Source: Octopus bimaculoides
Taxonomy: Eukaryota
Length of the DNA stretch: 41,183 nucleotides
Assembly: GCF_001194135.2 (NCBI RefSeq)
Contig: NC_069004.1
Span: 34,304,484-34,345,666, forward strand
Direction of reading: 5' to 3'
This document shows, one piece after another, positions 23,966 through 36,812 of this stretch. The position numbers and the translations under genes are program-made. How positions within the stretch are numbered: the first letter of the stretch is position 1; every line of letters starts with the position of its first letter. The notes under the pieces are model-generated. The model saw only the letters and a list, made by a program, of their open reading frames with translations. It made no database searches and was not told the DNA's origin.

Positions 23966-24642
23966 AATATATACTGCATATATATATATGAAATATATAT
24001 TATATATATGTAATATACTATATATATAAATATATATATGCACAAATATATATGTAATGTATACTATATATAGCTAATATATTGTATATATATATGTAAT
24101 AAATATATTATATATATGTAATATATATAATGTTATATATATATATATATATATATATATAGATATATATATATAATTTATATATATAATGTATAGGTAT
24201 ATATATATATATAGATATATATATATAATTTATNNNNNNNNNNNNNNNNNNNNNNNNNNNNNNNNNNNNNNNNNNNNNNNNNNNNNNNNNNNNNNNNNNN
24301 NNNNNNNNNNNNNNNNNNNNNNNNNNNNNNNNNNNNNNNNNNNNNNNNNNNNNNNNNNNNNNNNNNNNNNNNNNNNNNNNNNNNNNNNNNNNNNNNNNNN
24401 NNNNNNNNNNNNNNNNNNNNNNNNNNNNNNNNNNNNNNNNNNNNNNNNNNNNNNNNNNNNNNNNNNNNNNNNNNNNNNNNNNNNNNNNNNNNNNNNNNNN
24501 NNNNNNNNNNNNNNNNNNNNNNNNNNNNNNNNNNNNNNNNNNNNNNNNNNNNNNNNNNNNNNNNNNNNNNNNNNNNNNNNNNNNNNNNNNNNNNNNNNNN
24601 NNNACCTAAGCATACGCACAGACTGATATCCGAACACACAAA

Positions 24643-24683
<41 letters not shown>

Positions 24684-25044
24684 AAACACGCATATGTGTA
24701 AAGTTATCTCATGTATAATGTCTCTGTCTCTCTCAGTTGGTTTCTTGTAAAAATACTGATTTTTTTGTGTACCTCTTAATATACGCTTTAATATATTTCG
24801 TTGTGGAATGCGATAAACGACATCGATAGAATATCTGTACCTAAGTAAGTTGAATAATAGCCGTGTACAAGACTTGCTGTGCTCTGCTAGTAATGTAGAT
24901 ATATATCAAACAACTGTGTTCTTTTTTGTATTTATATGAATATCTCTCTTTAAATTTGCTGTTTATATCCTGCTAAAGTAAATGGCTTTTATTTTCCCCT
25001 CTTTTCACATCAGAATTATAAGGTACCGCTGCACAGACATAGAT

Positions 25045-25165
25045 GTGTTAGGAATTCAGCTTGGCAACCAAACGATTCCGTGTTCGATCCGAATGGATAG
25101 GCACCTTAGGCCAAGTGTTCCCTCCTATAACCTCGTGTTGAATAACTTGCGAGCGGAACTTTTTA
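25045..25165 (+). mobile_element. Degenerate family D SINE head
   Basis: ggcaaccaaacgattccgtgttcgatcc...ggcaccttaggccaagtgttccctcctataacctcg. Confidence 0.5.
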
Positions 25166-25339
25166 GAATGTGCATGTAAGTATAAAACGTATGCATAGTA
25201 TGTATACTATATAAGATTCTTTAAGAAAGCTATTTTAGAGTTATATCTGAGGTGTTTAATAAATGCAGCCATTTCGTGAAATTCCATCTGAAAAACCACG
25301 AGATCATTTATTTAAGGTGTCGATTAGCCTAGCCGAAGA

Positions 25340-25480
25340 GCTAACTTCTTAACGCAGTATGAGCAAGCAAATGGTTAAATACTTGGTAAAATTTGGTGAC
25401 ACGTTGTTGGATGGGGTCACCATGGACTTCAACGTCCTTAGATGTTCACAAGAGCATAAAACACCAACTGAAAGTTCCCA
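25340..25480 (-). mobile_element. Possible very degenerate CR1/L2-like LINE fragment
   Basis: Minus-strand pieces LVFYALVNI...SPW*PH and, in a shifted frame, IQQRVTKFYQVFNHL resemble the CR1 post-RT motif LYxALVRPxLEY..VWSP...VQRRATK. Confidence 0.35.
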
Positions 25481-25684
25481 CTAACTAGTGCGTACCGAGA
25501 GAATGCCTGATGTGGCCTAGCATTGGGATAATAAGGAAGCTTAAGTGCTACACATGTAGGAGGAAAAGTTATCTAAGGACTTTCTTTTGGAGAGGTTTCA
25601 TAAAAAGGAAGCAAAAACTTGGATCGAGGGCGTTGCTTTTAAAGAGGTACCAATCGTAACAACTCTAGAAATAATGAATGAAAA

Positions 25685-25875
25685 TTCTGAGTTCAAATCC
25701 TGCCGACGGCAACTCCGCCTTTCAATCTTTCGGAATCGATAAAACAAAAAAGGTTTGATGTAATCGACTAATCTACTTCCCTTAAAATCGCTGGCCATGT
25801 GCCTAAATCAGAGACATTATTATTATTATCATTATTATTATTATTATTATTATTACTATTACTACTACTACTATT
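25685..25875 (+). mobile_element. 5'-truncated family A SINE with a long (ATT)n/(ACT)n tail
   Basis: ttctgagttcaaatcctgccgacggcaactccgcctttcaatctttcggaatcgataaa...tgatgtaatcgact...gctggccatgtgcctaaat followed by attattatt... Confidence 0.8.
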
Positions 25876-26067
25876 GGTATTGGTTCTGGTATAGTTATTT
25901 TGGTTCAGTGTGTAATTCTCGTGAGAGTGCTCGGTGTGGAGCGTGGTGGCGGCGGAGTCGATGTATAACTTCATCCATTATTATTTTGGCAACATTTCTT
26001 GTCTTGTTCCATCTTTTATTGAAACAGAAATTCGTAGCGAAAATAAGTTTTCGGGAACAACGTGAAT

Positions 26068-26379
26068 AACACCACCACCACCACCACAACAACAACAACA
26101 ACAACAAAAATAACAACTACAACTACTACAATGGGAAGAACAATTATTACCAAAAACAAGAACAACGTCAGCGAAAACAATGATGACAAGAATAACAGAA
26201 AGAACAACTACAGCAAAAACAGCAGCAATAAAAGTACAAGAAAAACAAGATTAATAATAAAAGGAATTCCCACCCCACCCCATGAAAAGCAAAGAAATAA
26301 ACAAACAACTCAAAGAAAAGATATTAAAACAATGAATAAAAGGAGAAATAGAAAGGAAACGATAAGACGATGATGGGGA

Positions 26380-26412
<33 letters not shown>

Positions 26413-26710
26413 AGAAGGTGCTAAGGATGGGTTATGATGATAATGATGAAGGTAGTGATGATGGTGATGAAACTGTTTGGGAGCGATGATGCTGATGATG
26501 ATGTCGGCGGCGTGACGTAGGTTGGGTGATGACGACGATGATGGTGGTGGCGATGATGATGAAGGCGAGGATGAAAACGATGATGATGATGTTGATAGTG
26601 ATGATGAAGAGTTGGTAAATTAAGGATGACGATGCTTGTCTGTAAAGGTGATGATAATGAATATGATGATGATGATGGGGGTGATGATGACGGTTATGGA
26701 GTTAATGATG
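26068..26710. repeat. Compound triplet tracts: (ACC/AAC)n, then (GAT/GGT)n running into a gap
   Basis: Read directly. Confidence 0.9.
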
Positions 26711-28226
26711 NNNNNNNNNNNNNNNNNNNNNNNNNNNNNNNNNNNNNNNNNNNNNNNNNNNNNNNNNNNNNNNNNNNNNNNNNNNNNNNNNNNNNNNNNN
26801 NNNNNNNNNNNNNNNNNNNNNNNNNNNNNNNNNNNNNNNNNNNNNNNNNNNNNNNNNNNNNNNNNNNNNNNNNNNNNNNNNNNNNNNNNNNNNNNNNNNN
26901 NNNNNNNNNNNNNNNNNNNNNNNNNNNNNNNNNNNNNNNNNNNNNNNNNNNNNNNNNNNNNNNNNNNNNNNNNNNNNNNNNNNNNNNNNNNNNNNNNNNN
27001 NNNNNNNNNNNNNNNNNNNNNNNNNNNNNNNNNNNNNNNNNNNNNNNNNNNNNNNNNNNNNNNNNNNNNNNNNNNNNNNNNNNNNNNNNNNNNNNNNNNN
27101 NNNNNNNNNNNNNNNNNNNNNNNNNNNNNNNNNNNNNNNNNNNNNNNNNNNNNNNNNNNNNNNNNNNNNNNNNNNNNNNNNNNNNNNNNNNNNNNNNNNN
27201 NNNNNNNNNNNNNNNNNNNNNNNNNNNNNNNNNNNNNNNNNNNNNNNNNNNNNNNNNNNNNNNNNNNNNNNNNNNNNNNNNNNNNNNNNNNNNNNNNNNN
27301 NNNNNNNNNNNNNNNNNNNNNNNNNNNNNNNNNNATAATAATAATAAATGATAATAATAATGATAGGTAAAAAACAATGGAAATATCATACGTCGATAGT
27401 GAAAGAGAAACGACAACTACTACTACTACTACTATTACTACTATAATGATACTAATAATAATAAAAATAAAAATAATGATGATGATGATAATAATGTTAA
27501 TAATAATGAAAAAGAAGATAGGAACAAAAGCAAATAGAGGAAGAAGAAGGGCGAAAAGGAAGAAATATATAAAATAAAAAGAAGGACGTCTTCTCAGTGA
27601 AATTGAAATTGTAGATTCCTTAAGGGCTAAGAGATATTAAGAAACGGTAAATTACTTCCATATCGCGAAACCCGAAATGTACACACACACATACACACAC
27701 ACAGAGATTCAAGTGTATACAAACGTGTATACATGTACAAATAATCGTAAATACGCATGAACAGACAGAGATACTTAAGTACACATTAGACATACATGCC
27801 CACAAGACGAGTAAACATACACACGCAATCACTGTCAATCATATATACATATGTGTGTGCGTGCGTGTATACATATGTGTGTGTGTGTGCGTGCGTATAT
27901 GCCTGTACACATATGTATATATATATGTACATAAATGCTTTATACGTGAATATATATATATGTTTGTATTTGTGTGAGAGTGCGTATATATACATATATA
28001 TATATATATATATACGCGCGTGTGTGTGTAATCACATATCCGCAAAGATATCAAAACTCAGAGGTGCACATATAGACAGATGCGCATGCATTTTCGCACA
28101 CATATTCATGAACATAAAGATATTTTCTCTCTGTCTCTCCCTGTCTCGCTCTCCCGCTTATACAGATACGCAAATATAGAACCATACCTTCATGCAGACA
28201 AATACACACCATATCATTTGTATTAT

Positions 28227-28279
<53 letters not shown>

Positions 28280-28742
28280 GTACGCAAACATATAGGTACA
28301 TATACACACATGCACGCTCACATACTCCAATACCTGCTGCACATATATATTTATACATACATATGCACACACACACTTACATACACTTACACATATATAC
28401 TTACGTATACACATATACACCTACACCCATATATACATACATATAAGCACACACATACAGACACTCATATATAGATATATGCATACATATACACACAAGA
28501 ACACATGCACACACACACATATATACATGCATATACACATAAACATACACATACAGACTCTCTCACACACACATATATGCACATGCGCATACGCACACAT
28601 ATATATACATGCACATATACACACATACACATACACACTCAAAGACAGACCAAGAAAACATCTACACTCTACATAGAAACACTCTGACATAATGAATATA
28701 TCTACATTGTACATGAAGGAGAGACACGCACTGAGAATTACC

Positions 28743-28786
<44 letters not shown>

Positions 28787-28819
28787 GACGTGCATACATA
28801 CTCATGCACATAAACACGC

Positions 28820-29740
28820 AACCACCACGAACAGAAACAGCAGCAACAACAGCAACCCATCTATCTGCATTATCCTGTAAGTGGATTTTTTAATTGTTTT
28901 CTTGTTGAAAATGGTAGAATGGCAAACCGCAAATCCCAACAGGAACAATGAGATCAACAGCAGCAGCGACAGCTGCAGCAGCAATAACAATAAGCAACAT
29001 TAACCATCATAACAGCAACCATCACTAAACGCTTGTTACCAAGAATAAAACGATTACAACAAAAATCACCACCACGACCACCACTAACGAAAGTTTCACC
29101 ACCATTACTCCTATCTACACCCACGCCAACAACAACAACAACAATACTACCACCATCACCTCCANNNNNNNNNNNNNNNNNNNNNNNNNNNNNNNNNNNN
29201 NNNNNNNNNNNNNNNNNNNNNNNNNNNNNNNNNNNNNNNNNNNNNNNNNNNNNNNNNNNNNNNNNNNNNNNNNNNNNNNNNNNNNCAGCATGCAATAATC
29301 CGCTTCTGCCACCAACGCCACAACAAAGGGGAAAAACAATTATCACAGTCACAACAACAACAACAACAACAACAAGACATTTTCTTCATCAAGAAGAAGA
29401 CTAATAGCATCACAACAAGAATTATTATCACGTGAGCAATAACAAAGACAATGGCAGGCACGACAACATGAGCAACAACACAATTATTACAACAATAAAA
29501 GCGAACAAATAACCTCGAATATATACAACAACAACAACAACAACAACAATAGCGGGAACAATACAATTACCACAGTAATAACGGCAATAATACGCTACAT
29601 CCACTACTGCTACCACTAACAGCACCGTCATAAGAAAACGAAGAAAAATAGTACAAAAACAAAAACATTACAACAAACACTACCACAACAACACCGACGC
29701 CTACCACTACCACCACCACAATAACATCAGCAACTGGACA
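28820..29740. repeat. Long degenerate (CAA/CAC/CAG)n low-complexity tract
   Basis: Read directly. It is interrupted by a gap at ~29165-29285. Confidence 0.9.
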
Positions 29741-30485
29741 ATTACCACTTGAACAACAAGGGAGAGAGGTAGGGTAAGGTGGTGTTCGTGGTGGAGCCGG
29801 ACGGATGTAAAAACCTGTTTGTGGAGAAAACGGATAGAAATGGACGCGGAATGTGACGGAGGTTTATATAGAAGTTTGTGGACGTTACAGAGGGAACCGG
29901 TTTCTTACGGAGAGGAAGGAAGTATTGCCAGCATATATGAATTTGAGGGGACAAAAATTAGGAGACAGAGAGAAAGTGTGAATGAGAGAGACGTAGGACG
30001 AACAGCAGAGGAGAAACAGTATAACGAGAAAGAAAAGGGGAGAAAAGTCGAGAAAGGCGGCGAGTGTGAGAGGTAGAGAAACATAAAAAGATAAGAGGGT
30101 TTGAAAAAGGATTTGGTTATATATGTATATATATTCATATATATATATATATATATATATGTCTCCAGAGAGAGAAAAGAATACAAGTATATGTACAAAT
30201 GTGTGTGAGTGAATAAGAAAGAGGGAATCAGATTCCTGCCTATATACATATATACAATCCGAATACACTCCTCAAGCAGAACAATAAGTATTTACAAATT
30301 TTTTAAAAAGTTCCTCACATAATTTTTTCCCCCTGTTCTCATTACCCAAATTTCAAACATGGTTCTTTGTCTCCAGATTAGGAAACTCTTCTATCTAGAA
30401 AATTTCAATGAGTTGAAAAAGAACAACATACACACATGTGTGTGCGCGCGAGCTTGCGTGTATGTATGTATATATAGATTTTTGT

Positions 30486-30528
<43 letters not shown>

Positions 30529-31124
30529 ATTATGTACAGCTGCAAGGTAGGTTTGTCTGCAAATTATTTCGATGTAGCCAACAGCATGTAATATCCTTAG
30601 ATTTTATTCGTCTTCATGTGTTATCTAGATTATAACTGTGATGTTATCTCCATACAAATTAGTTGTTTGCTGTCGACTTGACAGAGTCTAGACACAATCT
30701 TGTTGATTCTGATCAGGAATACATATTGCTTTGTCGATTGCTGCATTCTAATGTATGTGTGTGTGTGTGTGTAGTCAAAATTTGTATCCACTCACCCGAG
30801 GAAAGTCTGGGAAGTTTGATATTAACTGTGCTGCTGTGAGAACGTTTTATAGATATGCTTGAAGCTGTCGCACTGCTCGAAACACAGAATCGCTCCTCAG
30901 TTGTGGTCTCAATTCCAATTTTCAGAATATCTTAATGTCGTGGGCCATACTTGAATTATCTTTTAAGGTATTTCTCTCCTTATTTATTTCTGATTAATTG
31001 CGGTTTTAATTCTAATCGGTGAAAACATTTTCTTTTGAACAGAATCCACTAAGTTAAGACTAAATTACAATAGAACATTATTTAATGCACCTGTAAGATC
31101 ACTGCTTGCTTTTCTCGTTCTTAC

Positions 31125-31168
31125 CTTTCGGCGTAGTTCTTGTTTGTGTAGATAGTGTTATAAGCAGG
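31125..31168 (-). CDS. Weak candidate 44-bp exon (LLITLSTQTRTTPK or PAYNTIYTNKNYAE)
   Basis: Strong donor GAAAG|gtaaga. Acceptor is mediocre (gtgtatatgagccag). Confidence 0.2.
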
Positions 31169-32571
31169 CTGGCTCATATACACGCACGTGTACATATATG
31201 TATATCATACATGTACACATACACACCACACATGTAAGGAAGACTTTCCGTCGTTTAAACTTCGCCTGTCCTCTGTATTACATGTGTTATACAGGACATA
31301 TTTCCATGATACAAACATATTCACAATTTTGTCAGCGACAAGATTAACTTAGCACTTATGAGAGAAATACTTTGTTACACAACGTACAAAACCAGAGCTA
31401 AATAAACGTCTGAAAACAAGTGAAGACGTTTAGGACAAACGTGTGAAAATGCTTTGGAGAGAGGATAAGAGTTAGTCACTTTTTGACTCACTTTAAAGGT
31501 ATATTTTGTGTAACATGCTTTTAGTTGTTGCACATTAAACTGCCTTTTCTAAAAGAATTACTTAACCATTTGCCGTTCCTATGTTTTACACGATAAACGG
31601 GGCATTTCCTTGGCGTACACACATCATACATGTTATACATTTGCAATTTTTACAATCGTTACAATAGCCTGGGACTTATGTAAGGAACGCTTTATATTTC
31701 TCAATGTAAAAGTCTGAAAACATAGATGGATGTTTAAGCCTAACTTATGAAAAGGCTTTGAACAGGTAAATGGTAAATTGTGAGGATTATGTTGTTCGAT
31801 CACTTGATCCTACGTAAATGACTGAATATTTCATTGATCGATACCACGATTTTCACATGACTCTCAAATAGTATCAGCGTGTCACAATGTCAGATAAGGT
31901 CGTGCCTGGGTTCTTAATATAATTCCATAGAAGCATGAGCATGGTTGTGCTGGATTTCCAAAAGTCAAGGTAGATCCTGGTCACATCTAGATGCCAAACC
32001 AACAAGAAGAGCAACAATAAGAGGGGGAAAGGCAAGAAATGTATAGCAAAGGATGTGGGTTTCTAAGACGTTCCCTCCTAAGATTGCACGTTCAGTTATA
32101 TCGATGTGGATTTTACAAGAGTTCAACAATCGAACGGAACGAAAAAAGAGAAAAGAGTCATTTCAAAAGGCATTTTGTGTTTAATGTATAAAAATTTAAA
32201 GTATAACTTTTTAAAATGAGCGAAATTTCTCCCAATGCTTCTGGCACATGCGTACACACAACACACACTTACATGTATGCACAAAACAGATATATACATA
32301 CACATTCAGATGCCTGTGAATGTGCATATATGTGCAAGGTTGTCGGCTCTACATAAATGGTTGCGTGTATGCGTACTCCTATGTATAAGCCCGCCATCTG
32401 TATCGTCCTTCTCTCAAGAACCTCGCCACCTGGCAGCCATATTTCAGTCTATCTCTGACAGATTAACTTCTTCTACACGAGTTAAAATGTCAGGTTCAGA
32501 CATATTTTTTCTGAATTTTAACTTCAAATTTGTCTTTTTTATTTATATTTCTTTCCATTCAGCTGTGTGTC

Positions 32572-32662
<91 letters not shown>

Positions 32663-32763
32663 AGATGTTCTTGTGTGTGCGTGCGTGTGCATACATATAC
32701 GTACATATGTATATACACACAGACATATCTATATAAGTATACATATATACACAAATATTTAGA

Positions 32764-32794
<31 letters not shown>

Positions 32795-33416
32795 GCTTAA
32801 ATTATCTATATGTATCACCTCTATATACACAGATATATATTAGTGTACATATTCTTTCAGACACATATATATATATATATATATTTATACACATATGCAA
32901 TTTTATTTGCTCTTTTCCTCCTCAGCATCGTCATAGATCTCATAAACTACGAAAGGGGTCAGATACGTTGCCCTTCCTCCTCTAAATACACACACACACA
33001 GAGGAAAAAAAACAAACTAAAATCTACTTAACAATCCGTCGAGCTACTGCAGAGCATTGCACCAATATTTTGTTCAGCAGTCGCCATGATTGGGCTGCGG
33101 CTACCAAGGTTAAAATATGTTATGTTCCCGGAAAACCCATATTCATTACGTGTTTGTCAGAGTGATGTCTTATTATCTGAAATATCTGGACATAATATTA
33201 ATAATGTCTGCCCCAACGACACTTAAAACGGCTGGCTCTCTGGAGAGGCTTTTAACATGTTGATAGAAAACACTGTGTATATGTATATATCCGCATATCT
33301 GTCTGTGTATGTGTGTGTATTGCACGCGCACATAGATATACCTGTGTGTATGTATCTTTATATGTGTATGTGTGCACAGGTGTATATTCATATATATATA
33401 CACATATATGTATATA

Positions 33417-33464
<48 letters not shown>

Positions 33465-33503
33465 TATATTCATATACATATACATATATATATGTATATA
33501 TGC

Positions 33504-33544
<41 letters not shown>

Positions 33545-33871
33545 AATGTGTGTGTGTAAATAGACAGATACTTATATAAAATTCTTCATGTATCTAGGTA
33601 GTATTGATAGATATTTGTATGTGTATATATGACACATATGTGTATATGGGCACACGTATAAAAACATACATTTAATCAAATATTTGTATACATGTATGTA
33701 TGTATGTATGTATGTATGTATGTATGTATCTATCTATATAATGTGCCTATGCATATAAATACACACCTCTCTCCATTTCTTCTCTCTGTCTCTCTTTCTC
33801 TCCCCGTCTCTCTCTGCACATAAATATACACACATATATACATACACACATACACATATATATATATATAT

Positions 33872-33918
<47 letters not shown>

Positions 33919-34143
33919 GATGCTTATAATTATGTGCGTGTGTCTCTCTGTATCGGTATGTGTGTGTGACTGTACATAAACGTGGGAGAGACCGCCACAA
34001 GAGAACGAGAGAATAGCAGAGAGACGGAATGAGAGAATAATAAAATACTATAGATATAACGTCTCTCTAGAGATAAACGTGTGTATATATGTGAATTTGT
34101 ATGTATAAGTGTATAGATATAAGAAATGTGTGTGTATGTATGT

Positions 34144-34179
<36 letters not shown>

Positions 34180-34258
34180 AACAGAATGAGAATCAGTGAA
34201 AGAGAGAGAATTGCGGGCTCGGCCAAACTCCAAAAGCTGTAAACCGCTGGATACTTAC

Positions 34259-34302
34259 CAAACAGTCAATAGAATTAGAATGGTCCCAGATATTCCAATC
34301 AT
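34259..34302 (-). CDS. Candidate first coding exon, MIGISGTILILLTV (hydrophobic, signal or anchor-like), ending in phase 2
   Basis: Consensus donor TTTG|gtaagt at 34258-34253. ATG at 34302 has an in-frame TAG four codons upstream. That TAG could instead be an acceptor, giving an internal exon 34311-34259 (FFCMIGISGTILILLTV). Confidence 0.3.
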
Positions 34303-34638
34303 GCAAAAGAACTAATCAGTAACCATCAAAATGGAGTGGTTCCAGTGGTTGGTTTCTTTGTACAATCAATCAAATAGAAAGTAGATGGGCAAATAGAGTC
34401 GGACGGTGTATTTACTAGCAGCTTAGAGTCTGACTGGTCATCACTCAACGTAGACTAGCATGGCCCTCGGGGAGGCTGAGGGTGGTGGTGGTGGTAGTGA
34501 TGGGGGGGGAGTGGTTACTGTTGCTCTGTGTGTGTGGGTTCCACTTTGTGTTTGTGCGTGTCTGTAGGTGTGTACGAGTATTTGTGTATATATACATATT
34601 TATATTCATATAAATGTATATGAACATGTGTATGTGCT

Positions 34639-34681
<43 letters not shown>

Positions 34682-34826
34682 GTGTGAGTGTGTGCGCGCG
34701 CACATCTTTTCTACGTATGTATTTATGTTCATTTATCTGAAATTTATTTTGAGGGACTGTGGAAATCTGTCAGTCTGTCTTTCTGTCTGCTTCTCTCTCT
34801 CTCTCTTTCACTATGTNNNNNNNNNN

Positions 34827-34898
<72 letters not shown>

Positions 34899-34934
34899 AA
34901 TGTATGTATGAGAAGGGTGTGAGTAAGAGCTAGC

Positions 34935-35060
34935 AAGGGTTCCTGTGCTGAAGTTCACCTTCCAATCACGGGGTTCCATTTCCTGTCATTTCGGACGAAT
35001 GTCTTCTGTAACCAATCGCTAACCAGGGTTCTTTGAGCTGAATTCCTATGACGGAACCTA
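34935..35060 (+). mobile_element. Degenerate family D SINE head
   Basis: ccaatcacggggttccatttcctgtc...gaatgtcttctgtaacc...gagctgaattcctatgacggaacc, followed by (TG)n. Confidence 0.4.
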
Positions 35061-35559
35061 GTAGAGGCCTCTAGTGTATGTACAGTTGTGTGTGTGTGTG
35101 TATAATATACATACACATACATCTTAAGCTGTCTAAATCTATCCGTCTTCCATCCAGTCTGGCCATTTCAAATCCGTGACGTGTCAGTGAATGTCGATAA
35201 CCCTTATCGATGATATTGAAAATAATTGCACGGAACTCCGTCAGAGCATTGACAAAACCACAATCGCTATGTTAATTGACAAACATTTATTTCAAATAAC
35301 ACAAAGAAAACTCTGTCGCTTTCGAAATCCATTTCAAATCGCAGCGATATGTTATCTCAAAACGATCGAATAAAATGAAACATTCTCAATAAACTCTATA
35401 AACCTGCAGGCTTTGCCCAACTGAGAAGCTTCATATATTAACCCAGCAAGTGTTATTTTATCGGCGATCAGAAATGTTATGTAATTAACCTATTTCTACG
35501 ACGCTCTTCCTGGTGATCTCCTAGGTTTGAAATTCCAAAACCTATTAACAATTCTCGCC

Positions 35560-35680
35560 CTCCAGATTTGGCTAAAACTTTTAGCGTCGTCTTTTTTGTG
35601 GTATTTAGTTAGGTATTTGTCCCCTTCTGTTCGAATCCTTGCCCCCAAAAGACTTTGCCTATCATCCTTCCAGATCAATA
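35560..35680 (-). mobile_element. Degenerate family A-related SINE fragment
   Basis: Reverse complement ggaaggatgataggcaaagtc...ggattcgaacagaag resembles aaggatgaaaggcaaagtcgacc...gaatttgaactcagaac. This explains the 35496-35678 ORF. Confidence 0.5.
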
Positions 35681-35776
35681 AAATACAATTTCGATGGAGT
35701 ACTGAGATTAGAATAATCGATTGAGATCTCCAATCACCTAAATTTTAAAATATAATTATTTTCAGTAACATTCTCC

Positions 35777-35784
35777 TTCTTCTT

Positions 35785-35814
<30 letters not shown>
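35777..35814. repeat. (TTC)n microsatellite
   Basis: Pure run read directly. Confidence 0.95.
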
Positions 35815-35815
<1 letters not shown>

Positions 35816-35994
35816 TCACAGGTTTTGTTGGAGCCCCTGGAGTTTTGCATGTGTATCGCTCTTACTACCTGCAACCCACGGTACCATGCTATTCGTTCTT
35901 TTCAGCTATCTAATATTTTCCTTAATATTCTGGCAGTTATTATTATTATTATTATTATGATTATTATTATTATTATCATTATTATTATTATTCA

Positions 35995-36340
35995 CGCGAC
36001 GATCTGGCAGAAACGCCAGCATGCTTAGCAGTATTTCGTCTGTCGCTACGTTCAAAGTTCAAATTCCGCCGAGGTCGATTTTACTTTTCACCCATTCGGG
36101 TCGAGTCCCCTTTGGCTCTGTGCCCATTTAATGCGGTGAGGTGGTTGAATCATCAGCATACCGGACAAAATGCTTAATGGTATTTCGTCCGTCTTTACGT
36201 CCTGAGTTCAAATTCTGCCGATGGCATCTTTGCCCTCATTCTTTTGGTGTCGATATAGAACCAGTCACGTACTGAGGTCAATGTAATGATATTCGTGTAT
36301 GCTAAAAATTGCTAGTCATGTGTCATAAGTTAGAATAATT
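35995..36340 (+). mobile_element. Two head-to-tail family A SINE copies (~35995-36125 internally deleted, ~36132-36340), downstream of an (ATT)n tract
   Basis: atctggcagaaacg...gcttagcagtatttcgtctgtcgctacgttc..agttcaaattccgccgaggtcga, then ccggacaaaatgcttaatggtatttcgtccgtctttacgtcctgagttcaaattctgccg. Confidence 0.85.
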
Positions 36341-36611
36341 ATGCTACTTGCCATGATATTTATTTAATGTATTGTGTTTCGATTTAAACAACCTTAACTA
36401 TGGAGAGAAATATATACCATATCTTCAGTGTAATGCAACAATATTGTTTGCATCGAAACAAACTTGAGACCATTTAGAAAATGTACTGCTTCTACGAATC
36501 CTGCTAATCGATTTCTTTGTTTTAAGTTCTTGATGTTGACGTCATTATTACCGTTTGACTACGTACGGTGAATGTTTAGCTTCGTGTCACTTCTCTATAA
36601 TTCTTTTTGTT

Positions 36612-36812
36612 ATAGGCACAAGGCCTGAAATTTTTGGGCAGGGGCCAGTCGCTTAGGTCGATCCCAGTACGCAATTGGTACTTAATTTATCAACTCTGAA
36701 AAGATGAAAGGCAAAGTCAACCTCGGTGGGATTTGAACTCAGAAAGTAGCGACGGGCAAAATATCGCTAAGCATTTCGTTCAGCATGCTAACGACTCTGC
36801 CAGCTCGCCGCT
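36612..36812 (-). mobile_element. Near full-length family A SINE
   Basis: ataggcacaaggcctgaaattt...gtcgatcccagtacgcaattggtactt...gatgaaaggcaaagtcaacctcggtgggatttgaactcagaaagtagcgac...ctaagcatttcgttcagcatgctaacgactctgccagctcgccgc. Confidence 0.9.

Noticed and set aside
25895-26040. Minus-strand frame RWNKTRNVAKIIMDEVIHRLRRHHAPHRALSRELHTEPK* as a terminal exon
   Set aside because: The acceptor is purine-rich and weak, it lies between triplet tracts, and no homology is recognised.
35062-35073. Perfect short palindromes (TAGAGGCCTCTA here; GATGATATATCATC at ~1249-1262)
   Set aside because: One or two 12-14 bp palindromes in 41 kb of low-complexity DNA is unremarkable, and there is no supporting context.
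35496-35678. 60-aa minus-strand ORF
   Set aside because: It overlaps a degenerate SINE fragment.
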